This document shows positions 48,807-58,630 of a DNA stretch of 64,000 nucleotides, piece by piece. The position numbers and the translations under genes were made by a program. Numbering within the stretch: position 1 is the first letter of the stretch; every line of letters starts with the position of its first letter. The notes beneath the pieces were generated by a model, which worked only from the letters and a program-made list of their open reading frames with translations, was not told the origin of the DNA and did no database searches. The stretch comes from an uncultured bacterium (GTDB lineage Bacteria > Cyanobacteriota > Vampirovibrionia > Gastranaerophilales > Gastranaerophilaceae), in NCBI GenBank assembly GCA_902795965.1, contig CADBNI010000029.1, forward strand, positions 5,067-69,066, given 5' to 3'.

Positions 48807-50189
48807 TTAAGCCAAATACTTCTGAACGGTTTCTTTGCTGAATACTTCCACGCTTTCGGGCGAATGAATAAATATCATACAACTTATTATGGATTTTAGG
48901 GTTTCAAAATCCGAAAATGAAAGTTTGTAGCGCAAATCTTCCATATTATTCGCCAAAAACTCCATAATAATCGTTTTATCATCAAAAACAAGACTCGAAA
49001 AATAATCAAAAGAATCCTTCGTCTTAATCCCTTCAAGATAAATTATATCAGGCGACTGAAATTCAATAAACCTTGATGCCTTGTCCATATTAAATCCGAC
49101 ATTTTCATTAAGTTCGCATTGATGCACCTTAGAAAGATTATATTTTGCAATACTTTCCAGCGTCATAATATTTTTGTTATGTTCTGCAGCCTCAAGTAAA
49201 AGCGAATAAATTATGTGTGTTTTGCCACTCAAAGGCGATCCGCAAACGATAATTATCCCCGGGTTTTGCAAAGCTGATTTAATAAGATTTAAATTTGTTT
49301 CCGATTTTATAATTTTGTTCAATGCTTTTGGAGGTTTATAAATTTTTAGGAAAATTCTTTCACCCATAATGGTCGGAAATGTTGAAATGCTTGCGACAAC
49401 ATTAATATCGTCAACTTTGAAATTCAATTTTCCAAGCTGGGGAACTTCACTCACATTTACGTCTAATTCGGCAAGAGTTTTGAGTTTTGCAACAAATGAT
49501 GAAGTCAAAACAGACGGGATATTTCCTTTATTTTGAATTTCACCGTTCTTTTTGAAATTTACGGCAAACCCATCATCTTCTCTTTGGAAAGTAACTTCAT
49601 GAACACCTTCCAAAATTGCCTGTTTCAAAATCGAGCGAATAATTTTTTGTATATGATTGTCGGACAAATCTTCACTGTGCAATTCATCACGCCAATCAAA
49701 TCCCAAACCCGAATTTGTATAAATTTCACCGACACTGATTTCGGATTTATAAAGTTCGGATATTTTTTTCAAAATACTTGTTTCTGATGAAACAACGGGT
49801 TCAATGGAGCATTCGGCAGTTTCGATAACCTTATCAATCGCAAACAAATCCAAAGGATCAGCCATGGCAACCGTCAATGTATCTTCAATTTTGAAAAGCG
49901 GAATAATTTTATATTTTTTCGCATCATTCGCGCTGATATATTTGAGACATTTTTCATCAATCGTATAATCATCAAGATTGACGTACGGAATATGCAGTTT
50001 TGCCTCCAAAAATTTGAGAATTGTTTCTTCCGAAAGCGTACCTGAATTAATCAACACCTGTCCGATATTAATATTTTCGGCATTAGCAATTTCCTGTGCC
50101 TGCTCGATTGTTTCGTAGGCGACAAGTCCTGCTCTGACAAGGTCATATTTAAGTTTTTCAAGAGTTTTGTTAGTTACGAATGTTTCCAT
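48807..50189 (-). CDS. GspE/PilB-like protein with degenerate ATPase motifs
   Basis: T2SSE N-terminal domain (LTVAMADPLD), PQLGK, Walker A variant GSPLSGKT, Walker B region PDIIYLEG, truncated C-terminus. Confidence 0.8.
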   Translation of the reverse strand: METFVTNKTLEKLKYDLVRAGLVAYETIEQAQEIANAENINIGQVLINSGTLSEETILKFLEAKLHIPYVNLDDYTIDEKCLKYISANDAKKYKIIPLFKIEDTLTVAMADPLDLFAIDKVIETAECSIEPVVSSETSILKKISELYKSEISVGEIYTNSGLGFDWRDELHSEDLSDNHIQKIIRSILKQAILEGVHEVTFQREDDGFAVNFKKNGEIQNKGNIPSVLTSSFVAKLKTLAELDVNVSEVPQLGKLNFKVDDINVVASISTFPTIMGERIFLKIYKPPKALNKIIKSETNLNLIKSALQNPGIIIVCGSPLSGKTHIIYSLLLEAAEHNKNIMTLESIAKYNLSKVHQCELNENVGFNMDKASRFIEFQSPDIIYLEGIKTKDSFDYFSSLVFDDKTIIMEFLANNMEDLRYKLSFSDFETLKSIISCMIFIHSPESVEVFSKETVQKYLA

Positions 50190-50192
50190 AAT

Positions 50193-50558
50193 TTAATTAT
50201 TCAAATATTGTTCAACTTTTTTAACAACTTCGTCAAGTTCAAAAGGTTTTGTAATATATTCATCAGCACCCGTTTCTTCTCCGATAAGTTTGTCTTCCTC
50301 CTGAGAACGTGCCGTAACCATTAAAATCGGAATATTTTTATATTTAGCATCATACTTTAACAAACGGCTGATTTTATACCCGTTAATTTTCGGCATCATA
50401 ACGTCCAAAATCATCAAATCGGGAACAAGTTCTTTTGCCAATTTCAAACCGTCCTCACCGTTATAAGCGCAATAGCAGGAAAATCCCGCAGCCTCAAGTA
50501 CAAATTTTAAACTTTCCACTATATCTTGTTCATCATCAACTATCAAAATTTTTTTCAT
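50193..50558 (-). CDS. Single-domain response regulator
   Basis: ILIVDDE, PDLMILDVMMP, LMVTA, YITKPF. Confidence 0.95.
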   Translation of the reverse strand: MKKILIVDDEQDIVESLKFVLEAAGFSCYCAYNGEDGLKLAKELVPDLMILDVMMPKINGYKISRLLKYDAKYKNIPILMVTARSQEEDKLIGEETGADEYITKPFELDEVVKKVEQYLNN

Positions 50559-50572
50559 AAAATACCTTTTAT

Positions 50573-50642
50573 GAGATTCTTCGGCTTACGTCATCCTGAG
50601 CAAAGCGAAGGATCTCATATGATTTTTCAGCCTCAGAATGAC
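50573..50642. repeat. Nested GTCA-tagged REP-like elements
   Basis: Outer gagattcttcggct...agcctcagaatgac enclosing cgtcatcctgagcaaagcgaaggatct (50589-50615). Confidence 0.75.
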
Positions 50643-50760
50643 CAATGATATTATAGCATGTTATTCGGATACTTCCATTTTGTTAATATTTGTTAAATTG
50701 TACCTTTATAAAGCAAAAATTTATCTTTACGTATTTTGAATCGTACAAGGAAGGAATGAT

Positions 50761-51837
50761 ATGATAGGTAAAATTTTTGGAAATAAATCAAGTGAAACAG
50801 CTAATTCAGTATTAAATATGTTAAAGAAAGAAGAACCCGTATTTCGCTTTAATCAAGACGGTTGGGAAACAATAGGTGTACAAACAAGAGCCAAAGATAC
50901 AAGAACACCCGCCCAAATTGATGCGACACTTGATGCATTAGCGGAAAGAATACCGGTTTTAAGAGAATTCAGAGAACAAATAAAATCAATGAAACCCATT
51001 GACAGAGCATTAATATCCGATACTGCAGAAATATCGAACAAACTCGAACTTCTCCCGACAAACATAAGAATGGTAGAAAACAGAGCCAAAGACGGCAAAA
51101 GCATTTTAGGAGTACTGCTTCCAAAATTAATAAAAGCCTCTAAAGAAAATCCTGCAATACTGAAATTTACCCGCGAAATTCTTAACAGTACCGATACTCA
51201 AACAAGTAAATATTTTCTTTCAAAGATTGCAGGCTTTAATCCGCAGGCAATTTTGGAAAGAGATGAAGCTATCCAAAATATCGTTTACAGAGAAGCAAGC
51301 CAAATGCGTTTCGATTCAAATGAGAAATATTCACAATATGTAGAAAACAGAATTGCTGAACTTGAAAAACGTTATCCTATCGAATATTCACAAAAAACAA
51401 TAACAGATGACACAAAATCAGGTGAATTAATTGATGCTTCAACTGATATGATAATACCGATCGGAAAACGAACACTAAACGGAATGTATCCCGTAACATT
51501 TAAAAGGCAACATAACTTCCTTGATGCAATGGGAATATTCTTAAACCCTGAAATCAGACCCGAGAATGTTCGATTTTTAAGAAAAATTTGTGATGTATTG
51601 GATAGCATAAAAACCCAAAAAGATATTCCCATAGACTTATTCCCGTTTTTAAAAACTAATATTCCGAAATCACAAGCGGAATTAAACCTTGCCAAATTAC
51701 CGCAAGCGGTAAAAGATGCAGAAAAAGCGGGTAAAGATATTGAGGCAACAAATTTCATAATGAGTAACGTTAATTTTGTAAAACCTTATACAAAGCCTGA
51801 CGTTACGAGGGAACTGAAATACGTTCCAGCGGAATAA
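50761..51837 (+). CDS. Hypothetical protein
   Basis: 358 aa ORF with RBS AAGGAAGG. Confidence 0.75.
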   Translation: MIGKIFGNKSSETANSVLNMLKKEEPVFRFNQDGWETIGVQTRAKDTRTPAQIDATLDALAERIPVLREFREQIKSMKPIDRALISDTAEISNKLELLPTNIRMVENRAKDGKSILGVLLPKLIKASKENPAILKFTREILNSTDTQTSKYFLSKIAGFNPQAILERDEAIQNIVYREASQMRFDSNEKYSQYVENRIAELEKRYPIEYSQKTITDDTKSGELIDASTDMIIPIGKRTLNGMYPVTFKRQHNFLDAMGIFLNPEIRPENVRFLRKICDVLDSIKTQKDIPIDLFPFLKTNIPKSQAELNLAKLPQAVKDAEKAGKDIEATNFIMSNVNFVKPYTKPDVTRELKYVPAE

Positions 51838-53491
51838 TAAAATAGAATTTTGAACCTTTATTCAACTCACTGTCACACCAAATTGCGCCTTTATGCGCCT
51901 GCAAAAGCTGTTTTGCAATCGGCAAACCGAGTCCCGTTCCGCCCGCTTTTCGTGACAGGGAATTTTCTATCTGAGCGAATTTATCAAATGCGTGAACCAA
52001 ATCATCAGAGGCAATACCTATACCTTCATCTGCAACGCAAACCCTTACATAATCACCCGACAAATCCTTTATTTCATCTCTGAAATATTCGTTAATCTTA
52101 ATATTTTCGGCATTCACAATATCTGATGAAATTTTTATCGTTCCACCTTCGGGAGTGAATTTTATCGCGTTTGAAACAAGATTTGTCAAAACCTGTTCAA
52201 GCCTTTGCGCATCAGCATTTATATCGGGAATATTATCCGCCTCACATGTCAAAAGTTCCAAACCTTTTGACTTAGCAACTTCCGACAGTGCTGATTTTAC
52301 ATAACCTATTACGGAATTTATATTTGTGGGGGCAAATTTAAATTCCATCTTGCCCGCTTCAATCTTAGACAAATCAAGCAGGTCGTTAATAATACCCGAA
52401 AGCCTTTTGACATTTCGCATGGCCATTGACAAAAAATTATCCGCGGATTGCGTAATTTCTCCGCATCTTCCGCTCATCAAAATATCAAGCGAATTTTTAA
52501 TTGAAGTCAAAGGGGTTCTGAGTTCATGTGAAACGATTGAAATAAATTCGGATTTTAATCGTTCAAGTTTTGCTAATTTTGCATTAGCTTCAATTATTTC
52601 CTGATAAAGAGTTGCACTCTTTAAGGGAAGCGCAACCTGTTGTGCTATTGTTTGAAAACAAGTCGCATCATCTGCGGTGAACGGGTTTTCCTTAAATATT
52701 TCCACAAACCCGAAACAGTTATCTCCCAAACTAATCGGAGCAAGCATATTGTCATACTGAAAAAGCGTAAAAGTAAACCTGCTTGCCGGATATTTTATGT
52801 GTTTTATTACCTTTAAGGTATCAATATTAATTTCAAAAGGTACTTTTTTCCCTTCAAATGCAGAATTGTAGTTCAAAATTGTTCTTAACTTTATTGCGGA
52901 AATAAGTTCGTCCGAAAGCTCATAAAGAGAATTTATAATCAAAACGGGTTTATCCTCGGTACACAACGACAATGTACAATTTAAGGAAAAACTCAACGCT
53001 CTGTCCATACCTTCAATCATATATTGAATTAATTTGTTTTTATCCAGAGTACCCGCAAATTTTGAACTTGTTTCATATAAAACATTTTGCCGATAAAGAC
53101 TGTCCGCCAAATCTTTGTTGGAATTTGAAAGCATTTCAAGCGCATTTTTCATTCTTAAATTTATGTTTATTGTCGATATAATTAAGTCCTCCGACATATC
53201 CGAGGTAATAAAGGCATTTGCATATTTAATCAGTTCTTTATCAACCGCAGAGGATTCGATATAAAAGATAACACCTGTTGATTCACAAAGAGTTTTAATC
53301 GTTTTGTACAAAAGTTTTAAATCAGGGACATTAGAATCAACCAAAATTATATCGGGCATATCTGCGGAAATAATATCGTTTACCAAACCTATATCCGAAA
53401 CATGTGAATAATCATAAGGATTTTTATTCAAAATCCCGTCAAATTTTTTTATATAATTAACATTCTCCGACACAAACAAAATTTTAATCAT
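51803..53491 (-). CDS. Sensor histidine kinase (REC-like, GAF, HisKA, HATPase)
   Basis: SIVSHELRTPLT, QVLTNLVSNAIKFT, DEGIGI, GGTGLGL. Confidence 0.95.
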   Translation of the reverse strand: MIKILFVSENVNYIKKFDGILNKNPYDYSHVSDIGLVNDIISADMPDIILVDSNVPDLKLLYKTIKTLCESTGVIFYIESSAVDKELIKYANAFITSDMSEDLIISTININLRMKNALEMLSNSNKDLADSLYRQNVLYETSSKFAGTLDKNKLIQYMIEGMDRALSFSLNCTLSLCTEDKPVLIINSLYELSDELISAIKLRTILNYNSAFEGKKVPFEINIDTLKVIKHIKYPASRFTFTLFQYDNMLAPISLGDNCFGFVEIFKENPFTADDATCFQTIAQQVALPLKSATLYQEIIEANAKLAKLERLKSEFISIVSHELRTPLTSIKNSLDILMSGRCGEITQSADNFLSMAMRNVKRLSGIINDLLDLSKIEAGKMEFKFAPTNINSVIGYVKSALSEVAKSKGLELLTCEADNIPDINADAQRLEQVLTNLVSNAIKFTPEGGTIKISSDIVNAENIKINEYFRDEIKDLSGDYVRVCVADEGIGIASDDLVHAFDKFAQIENSLSRKAGGTGLGLPIAKQLLQAHKGAIWCDSELNKGSKFYFIIPLERISVPS

Positions 53492-53552
53492 ATTCTAATT
53501 TTAAAAAATTATTTGTATTGAGGCAAATAAGTTAAAATTTTGTTATGTTGTT

Positions 53553-53912
53553 TTAAGCATTTTCTTTTAATTTTGCATCAACTGCGCTATCGATAAGCGA
53601 ATTTATGCTTATACCGTCTATCTTTGCTTTTTTGGCAAGATTATAATGTTTAATATTAGTAGTCCTATATGTTATGTTACCTTTATAATCTTTAATACTG
53701 ATAGGTTCGGGGATATGCATATTATTTGCAAGACTTGTTTCAAGGTAGGCTTTTAAAGCATCATCAAGATTTTTCATACATTCCTGACGAGTGTCGGCAC
53801 AGGTCATATTTCTTTCCAATTCAACAATACTTCCAAGATAACAATTATCGACATCACTCCATTCAATAATGTAACTGTAAGGTAAATTCAAATAATATTC
53901 CAAATTTTTCAT
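53553..53912 (-). CDS. hicB: HicB-family antitoxin
   Basis: LEYYLNLPYSY...IPEP...YKGNITYR...LAKKAKIDGISINSLI. Confidence 0.85.
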   Translation of the reverse strand: MKNLEYYLNLPYSYIIEWSDVDNCYLGSIVELERNMTCADTRQECMKNLDDALKAYLETSLANNMHIPEPISIKDYKGNITYRTTNIKHYNLAKKAKIDGISINSLIDSAVDAKLKENA

Positions 53913-53913
53913 T

Positions 53914-54156
53914 TTAAGCCTCCTCAATTTGTATCATATTTTGAAGTTTTAAAACCATATAAGGTTTTAAAGGATTTTGCGTAAGCACTATTGTAATTGA
54001 CGGTCTGTTAAGTTTTCTGAATGTCAGATGAGAACTTCCTCCCGAAGGACCTGATGCGACATATCCGTAATAATCAAGTATTTTACACGCTTCAGCGGGT
54101 GTAATATCGGATTTACCCGATATGATTTTTTGAATTAACTTATCACGTTTTGTCAT
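53914..54156 (-). CDS. hicA: HicA-family toxin
   Basis: ILDYYGY....GGSSHLTFRK...LKPYMV. Confidence 0.85.
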   Translation of the reverse strand: MTKRDKLIQKIISGKSDITPAEACKILDYYGYVASGPSGGSSHLTFRKLNRPSITIVLTQNPLKPYMVLKLQNMIQIEEA

Positions 54157-54203
54157 ACTATTATGATAGCATATTTGCTATCATTTGTCAAGTGCAAATA
54201 GTA

Positions 54204-56399
54204 TCATTTACGTTTTTGAGTTTTATTTTTCCCGTTATTTTTGCGGGGAGCTTTTTGCGGAGTGTAAGAAGTTTGAATACGTTTTACGCTGTAAACATCA
54301 GGGATTGCCTGAATACTTAAAATAACTTTTTTCAGAGTTTCTATGTTATCAAGTTCAATACCGAGTTCAATAATACCTAATTTACCGCTTTTGGATTTTA
54401 CGTTTGCATAATTAATATTTGTATTGTTATCGGAAACTGCTGCTATAACATCTTTTAACAAGCCCATTTTTTCGGAAGTTTCGACACGAATAGTCGTACT
54501 GTAAGTTTTGTTGGCATTGTCACCCGACCATTTAATATCCATTAACCTTTCGGGTTCTATATGATCCAAAGTTTGGCAGTCGACACGGTGTACCGTAACC
54601 CCCTTTGCGCGCGTAACAACACCGACAATAGGTTCTCCCGGGATAGGCGAACAGCATTTTGCAATAGAATACATCAAACCTTCAAGCCCGATAATATCCT
54701 TTTCGCCTTTGCGTTTTGATATTCCATGAAACTCATGCGGTTTTACGGGTTCCGGTTTCTTTAATTTGTTTATAATCTTGTTGACGGTCGTTTCTCCGTA
54801 ACCGAGAGCTGCAAACAAATCATCTGCCGAAAGATAATTCATCTGCTTTGCAACAGTATCAAACTCGCCCGATTTAAAATGTTCGTCAAAAACAGCTTTG
54901 GTCAGTTCGTGTTCAAGATTTGCCCTGCCGACTTCAATATGTTCTTCGCGGTTATTTTTCTTAAACCATTGTTTAATCTTTGATGCCGCCTGTTTTGTTA
55001 CAACAAAATTAAGCCAATCGAGGCGCGGAGCGGGAGTCTTTGAGGTCAAAATTTCAACAATATCTCCGTTATGGAGTTTTGTATCCAACTGCGCAATTCT
55101 CCCGTTTACCAAAGCTCCGACCGTTTTGTTACCTACTTCGGAGTGAATTCTGTACGCAAAATCAACGGGAGTAGCATTTACGGGCAAGTCAAAAACATCA
55201 CCGTTAGGAGTGAACGCAAAAACCTGATCGGAAAACAAATCCAATTTAACAGAATTTACATAGTCTTCCGCAGAAGGCATTTCTTTGTTGTATTCGACTA
55301 ATTTTCGCATCCAGGAAAACTGTCTGTCTGAAGTTGCATCAGCTTTTTGAGAGCCTTTTTCTTTGTATCTCCAGTGTGCGGCAACACCGTATTCTGCAAC
55401 TTCGTGCATTTCCCAGGTACGAATTTGTACTTCCAAAGGTTTTGAACGAGGACCTATAACCGAAGTGTGCAAAGACTGATACATATTACCTTTCGGCATT
55501 GCGATATAATCTTTAAATCTGCCGGGAATCGGTTTAAATTGCGAGTGAATAAGCCCCAAAACCTCATAGCATTCTTTTTCGGTATCAACGATAACACGTA
55601 CGGCGGTAATATCATAAAGGTCATGAAATGCGATATTTAAGCGTTTCATTTTACTGTAAATACTGTAATAATGCTTTGCGCGCCCCGTAATTTGAGCATT
55701 TATACCGCTCTTTTTAACATCTTGCGAAATTTTGTCAATAAGAAGTTTTACTGTATCTTCTCTTTCAGCCTTTGTCTGCGCAACAAGCTGAGCGATTTCA
55801 AAATATTTATCGGGTTCGAGATAACGAAGCGACAAATCTTCAAGTTCCGCCTTAATCCTCCCGATACCTAAACGATTTGCGAGCGGAGCAAAGATATCAA
55901 GGGTTTCGCGGGCAATTTTTTGTTGTTTGTTTGCCGCCATAAAGTTAAGAGTTCGCATATTATGCAATCTGTCGGCAAGTTTTAGAAATATTATTCTCGT
56001 ATCGCTTGCCATTGCAATAAAAAGACGTCTGAAATTTTCCGCTTGACGTTCTTCGTTTGATTTAAACTGTAATTTTCCTAATTTTGTAACCCCCTGAACC
56101 AGAGTCAAAACATCTTTTCCGAAACGTTCTTCAATTTCTTCGGGTTTTGTATCCGTATCTTCAAGAATATCGTGTAAAAAAGCAGCTTCAAGCGTATGCG
56201 AATCCACCTTCAACCCCAAAAGAATTTTTGCAACTTCAACAGGGTGAATAATATAAGGTTCTTCGGAAATTCGATACTGTCCTTCGTGCAAACGTTTTGC
56301 AAAAAGGTATGCCTTCTCAATTTCCGCAATTTCGTTTTCGGGTCTTTTTTGGGCAACAAGCTCATTTTTTATATCTTCAAAAAGCGATTTTTCACTCAT
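54204..56399 (-). CDS. relA: Bifunctional (p)ppGpp synthetase/hydrolase
   Basis: HD motif LHDILEDT, KLADRLHNMRTL, YQSLHT, EVQIRT, TGS and ACT domains. Confidence 0.96.
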   Translation of the reverse strand: MSEKSLFEDIKNELVAQKRPENEIAEIEKAYLFAKRLHEGQYRISEEPYIIHPVEVAKILLGLKVDSHTLEAAFLHDILEDTDTKPEEIEERFGKDVLTLVQGVTKLGKLQFKSNEERQAENFRRLFIAMASDTRIIFLKLADRLHNMRTLNFMAANKQQKIARETLDIFAPLANRLGIGRIKAELEDLSLRYLEPDKYFEIAQLVAQTKAEREDTVKLLIDKISQDVKKSGINAQITGRAKHYYSIYSKMKRLNIAFHDLYDITAVRVIVDTEKECYEVLGLIHSQFKPIPGRFKDYIAMPKGNMYQSLHTSVIGPRSKPLEVQIRTWEMHEVAEYGVAAHWRYKEKGSQKADATSDRQFSWMRKLVEYNKEMPSAEDYVNSVKLDLFSDQVFAFTPNGDVFDLPVNATPVDFAYRIHSEVGNKTVGALVNGRIAQLDTKLHNGDIVEILTSKTPAPRLDWLNFVVTKQAASKIKQWFKKNNREEHIEVGRANLEHELTKAVFDEHFKSGEFDTVAKQMNYLSADDLFAALGYGETTVNKIINKLKKPEPVKPHEFHGISKRKGEKDIIGLEGLMYSIAKCCSPIPGEPIVGVVTRAKGVTVHRVDCQTLDHIEPERLMDIKWSGDNANKTYSTTIRVETSEKMGLLKDVIAAVSDNNTNINYANVKSKSGKLGIIELGIELDNIETLKKVILSIQAIPDVYSVKRIQTSYTPQKAPRKNNGKNKTQKRK

Positions 56400-56431
56400 G
56401 ATATAATCATAATACAGATTTTATTCAAATT

Positions 56432-56749
56432 TTGCAAGTATTAAATGAGGAAATTATGATAAAAGAGGCAGAAAACGGTATTATACTGGGATTTAGAATT
56501 TCTCCGAACGCATCAAAAAACGAATTTATAAAAAACGGCGACGAAATTAAAATAAAAATTACCGCCCCGCCCGTTGACGGAAAGGCAAACAAATTTTTGA
56601 TAAAATTTTTGTCCGACACGTTTAAAGTGCCAAAAACTTATATTACACTCGTCAAAGGTGAAACTTCAAAAGATAAAATAATATCTTTCAACAACATTTC
56701 CAAAGAAAAAATCGAAGAAATCAAAAGTTTTGTAAATTCTTTGAAATAA
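56432..56749 (+). CDS. DUF167/YggU-family protein
   Basis: ISPNASKN...KIKITAPPVDGKANKFL...KGETSKDK. Confidence 0.88.
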   Translation: MQVLNEEIMIKEAENGIILGFRISPNASKNEFIKNGDEIKIKITAPPVDGKANKFLIKFLSDTFKVPKTYITLVKGETSKDKIISFNNISKEKIEEIKSFVNSLK

Positions 56750-56824
56750 TTTGCTTGCAAAATAATATTTATTATATATTATAAAAAACATAATGATTAC
56801 AAAAATCCTTTCAAAATTACATCA

Positions 56825-56925
56825 TAACCACCATATAGTCCTTGAAAGACTGTAAGGTTGTGGTGCAAACTTATTCAACTCTATAAATAGTCTTTCAAGG
56901 TGATTGTTAAGACTATTTTTTTTTT
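56825..56925 (+). promoter_or_regulatory. Candidate transcription attenuator (terminator/antiterminator)
   Basis: Terminator AATAGTCTT/AAGACTATT plus 10 T; competing 12-bp stem CCTTGAAAGACT(56840)/AGTCTTTCAAGG(56889). Confidence 0.55.
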
Positions 56926-56941
56926 GAGTGGAGTAAATTTT

Positions 56942-58135
56942 ATGAATGTATCAAATATTTTATCGGCAATAGGCAATAATAACAGTGTATACCCCTTAAT
57001 AGTCCGCGATTGCGGGATTGAAGTTCCCGTAAAAATCGCAATGACTTATGAACAAAACAAAAAGGAATCAAAAAAAGTTGCGTACCTTGCGGCAAGAGAA
57101 AGATTTTTGGACGAATACGCTACTTCTGCGGTTTGGCTTGGCGGGATACCTTTAATAGGCAAATTATGCAACTTTTTTATTAAGAAAAAGGGACTTAATC
57201 CCGATGTAAATCTAAAACTGTTTCAAAACGACAAATATCAGGGAATTGATATTAATATTCAAAAATTTAAAAATATAGCTCCGGAAGCGGTTAAAGATTT
57301 GCAAAAAGTAAAAACGAACAAAAAATTGTTTGAAAAACTTTTGGCAGGAAAATTTTTACTTTCAACATCAATACCTATTTTGTTTATGGGATTTATTTTA
57401 CCCAAACTTGTTTTTAAATCTTCCGCCAAAAAGATTGCCGAGTTAAAAGAAAATAAGACGCAAAATCCGTCATTTACGGGGAATTGGATATCAAAAGCCG
57501 CAAACTTTTCCGCGCAGGACAAAATGGCGGTAACGGACGGAGGATATGCTGTCGGACGTGTTACGACAGCAAGAAACAAAAACGAATCACTTGATTTGGC
57601 TTTCAAAATGACAGGCATGATGTTTTTGAATTTTGTTATGCCAAAACAAATAGAAAAATTTCTCAATAAGATGACGGGTGTAACATTAGACCCCGTTATG
57701 CTCGCGGATAAAGAGTTTTTGAAAGAGGTTAAAAATAACACGCTCAAACTTCCAAAAACATCCGCTCCCGAAGATTTGTTTAAATTTATTGACAATCCCG
57801 CCAACAAAGATACGTTCTTTATAAAATACGCAAATAAATTCGGCAAAATAAAGACGTTGCAAAACGGAATACGTGACCCGCGCGAATTTGTTGACGTACA
57901 AGCTCTCGGAAATTTTAGAAACAATATTGATAACTTTATCAAAAATTCAAAAAATTCCGCTGATTTTGAAAAATTTGTCAAAAAATCCAAAATTTCAAAG
58001 ACCGCAAATATACTTACAAATGTTGTACTCAGCAGTTTTTTGCTTGCTTATGCATTACCGAAAGCGCAATTTGCATTCAGAAAAGTGGTGACAGGTTCTG
58101 ATATTGAACCCGGACTTGTGCAAGCTAAAATGTAA
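56942..58135 (+). CDS. Hypothetical membrane protein
   Basis: RBS GGAG before ATG 56942; several hydrophobic segments; internal NPSFTG motif. Confidence 0.78.
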   Translation: MNVSNILSAIGNNNSVYPLIVRDCGIEVPVKIAMTYEQNKKESKKVAYLAARERFLDEYATSAVWLGGIPLIGKLCNFFIKKKGLNPDVNLKLFQNDKYQGIDINIQKFKNIAPEAVKDLQKVKTNKKLFEKLLAGKFLLSTSIPILFMGFILPKLVFKSSAKKIAELKENKTQNPSFTGNWISKAANFSAQDKMAVTDGGYAVGRVTTARNKNESLDLAFKMTGMMFLNFVMPKQIEKFLNKMTGVTLDPVMLADKEFLKEVKNNTLKLPKTSAPEDLFKFIDNPANKDTFFIKYANKFGKIKTLQNGIRDPREFVDVQALGNFRNNIDNFIKNSKNSADFEKFVKKSKISKTANILTNVVLSSFLLAYALPKAQFAFRKVVTGSDIEPGLVQAKM

Positions 58136-58205
58136 AAATTTATTAAGATACTGACAAAAATTTATATGTTCATACTTTAATCACAATATTATAAAAGGAG
58201 TAAAT

Positions 58206-58616
58206 ATGGATTTAAAAATTAACGGCTACGGACAGTCATTCGGCGGTTTTATCCAAGCACAGCAGGGTAAAATAGCGGGTTTGACGCAGGAAGTTGCTAC
58301 AAAAATGGCAGAAGCACTAAAAGATACAAAAAGTGACGTCATTTTGCGTGACGGCAAAGTTTTGGTACATGATGTATTTAACGGACATGTTTATAGCGTA
58401 TTACCTTATAGACCGGAATATATGCCTTATTCACGAAAAACAATGATACAATATCCGGTAAAAATTAACGGTATTGATACGGTTTACAATGTACAATACA
58501 AAACACCGCAAAATCACATGAACAGAATAGGCGGTGAAATAGAGCAGAAAAAAGGAATTGAGCTTCAACTTCTTTCCGCACGTGAAATTGCATTGGATAT
58601 CGACAGAAAATTTTAG
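58206..58616 (+). CDS. Hypothetical protein (paralog A, QSFG N-terminal motif)
   Basis: RBS AAGGAG; shares motifs with the next ORF. Confidence 0.75.
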   Translation: MDLKINGYGQSFGGFIQAQQGKIAGLTQEVATKMAEALKDTKSDVILRDGKVLVHDVFNGHVYSVLPYRPEYMPYSRKTMIQYPVKINGIDTVYNVQYKTPQNHMNRIGGEIEQKKGIELQLLSAREIALDIDRKF

Positions 58617-58630
58617 AAAGGATAAAACAA

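Noticed and set aside
11829-50731. TTTATCTTTAC(G) motif upstream of ftnA, 35624 and 50761
   Set aside because: Low-complexity AT-rich 11-12-mer; three hits cannot be distinguished from chance by eye
57259-57990. 243-aa antisense ORF
   Set aside because: Shadow of 56942-58135; Phe/Leu/Ser-rich composition is typical of the reverse of Lys-rich coding DNA
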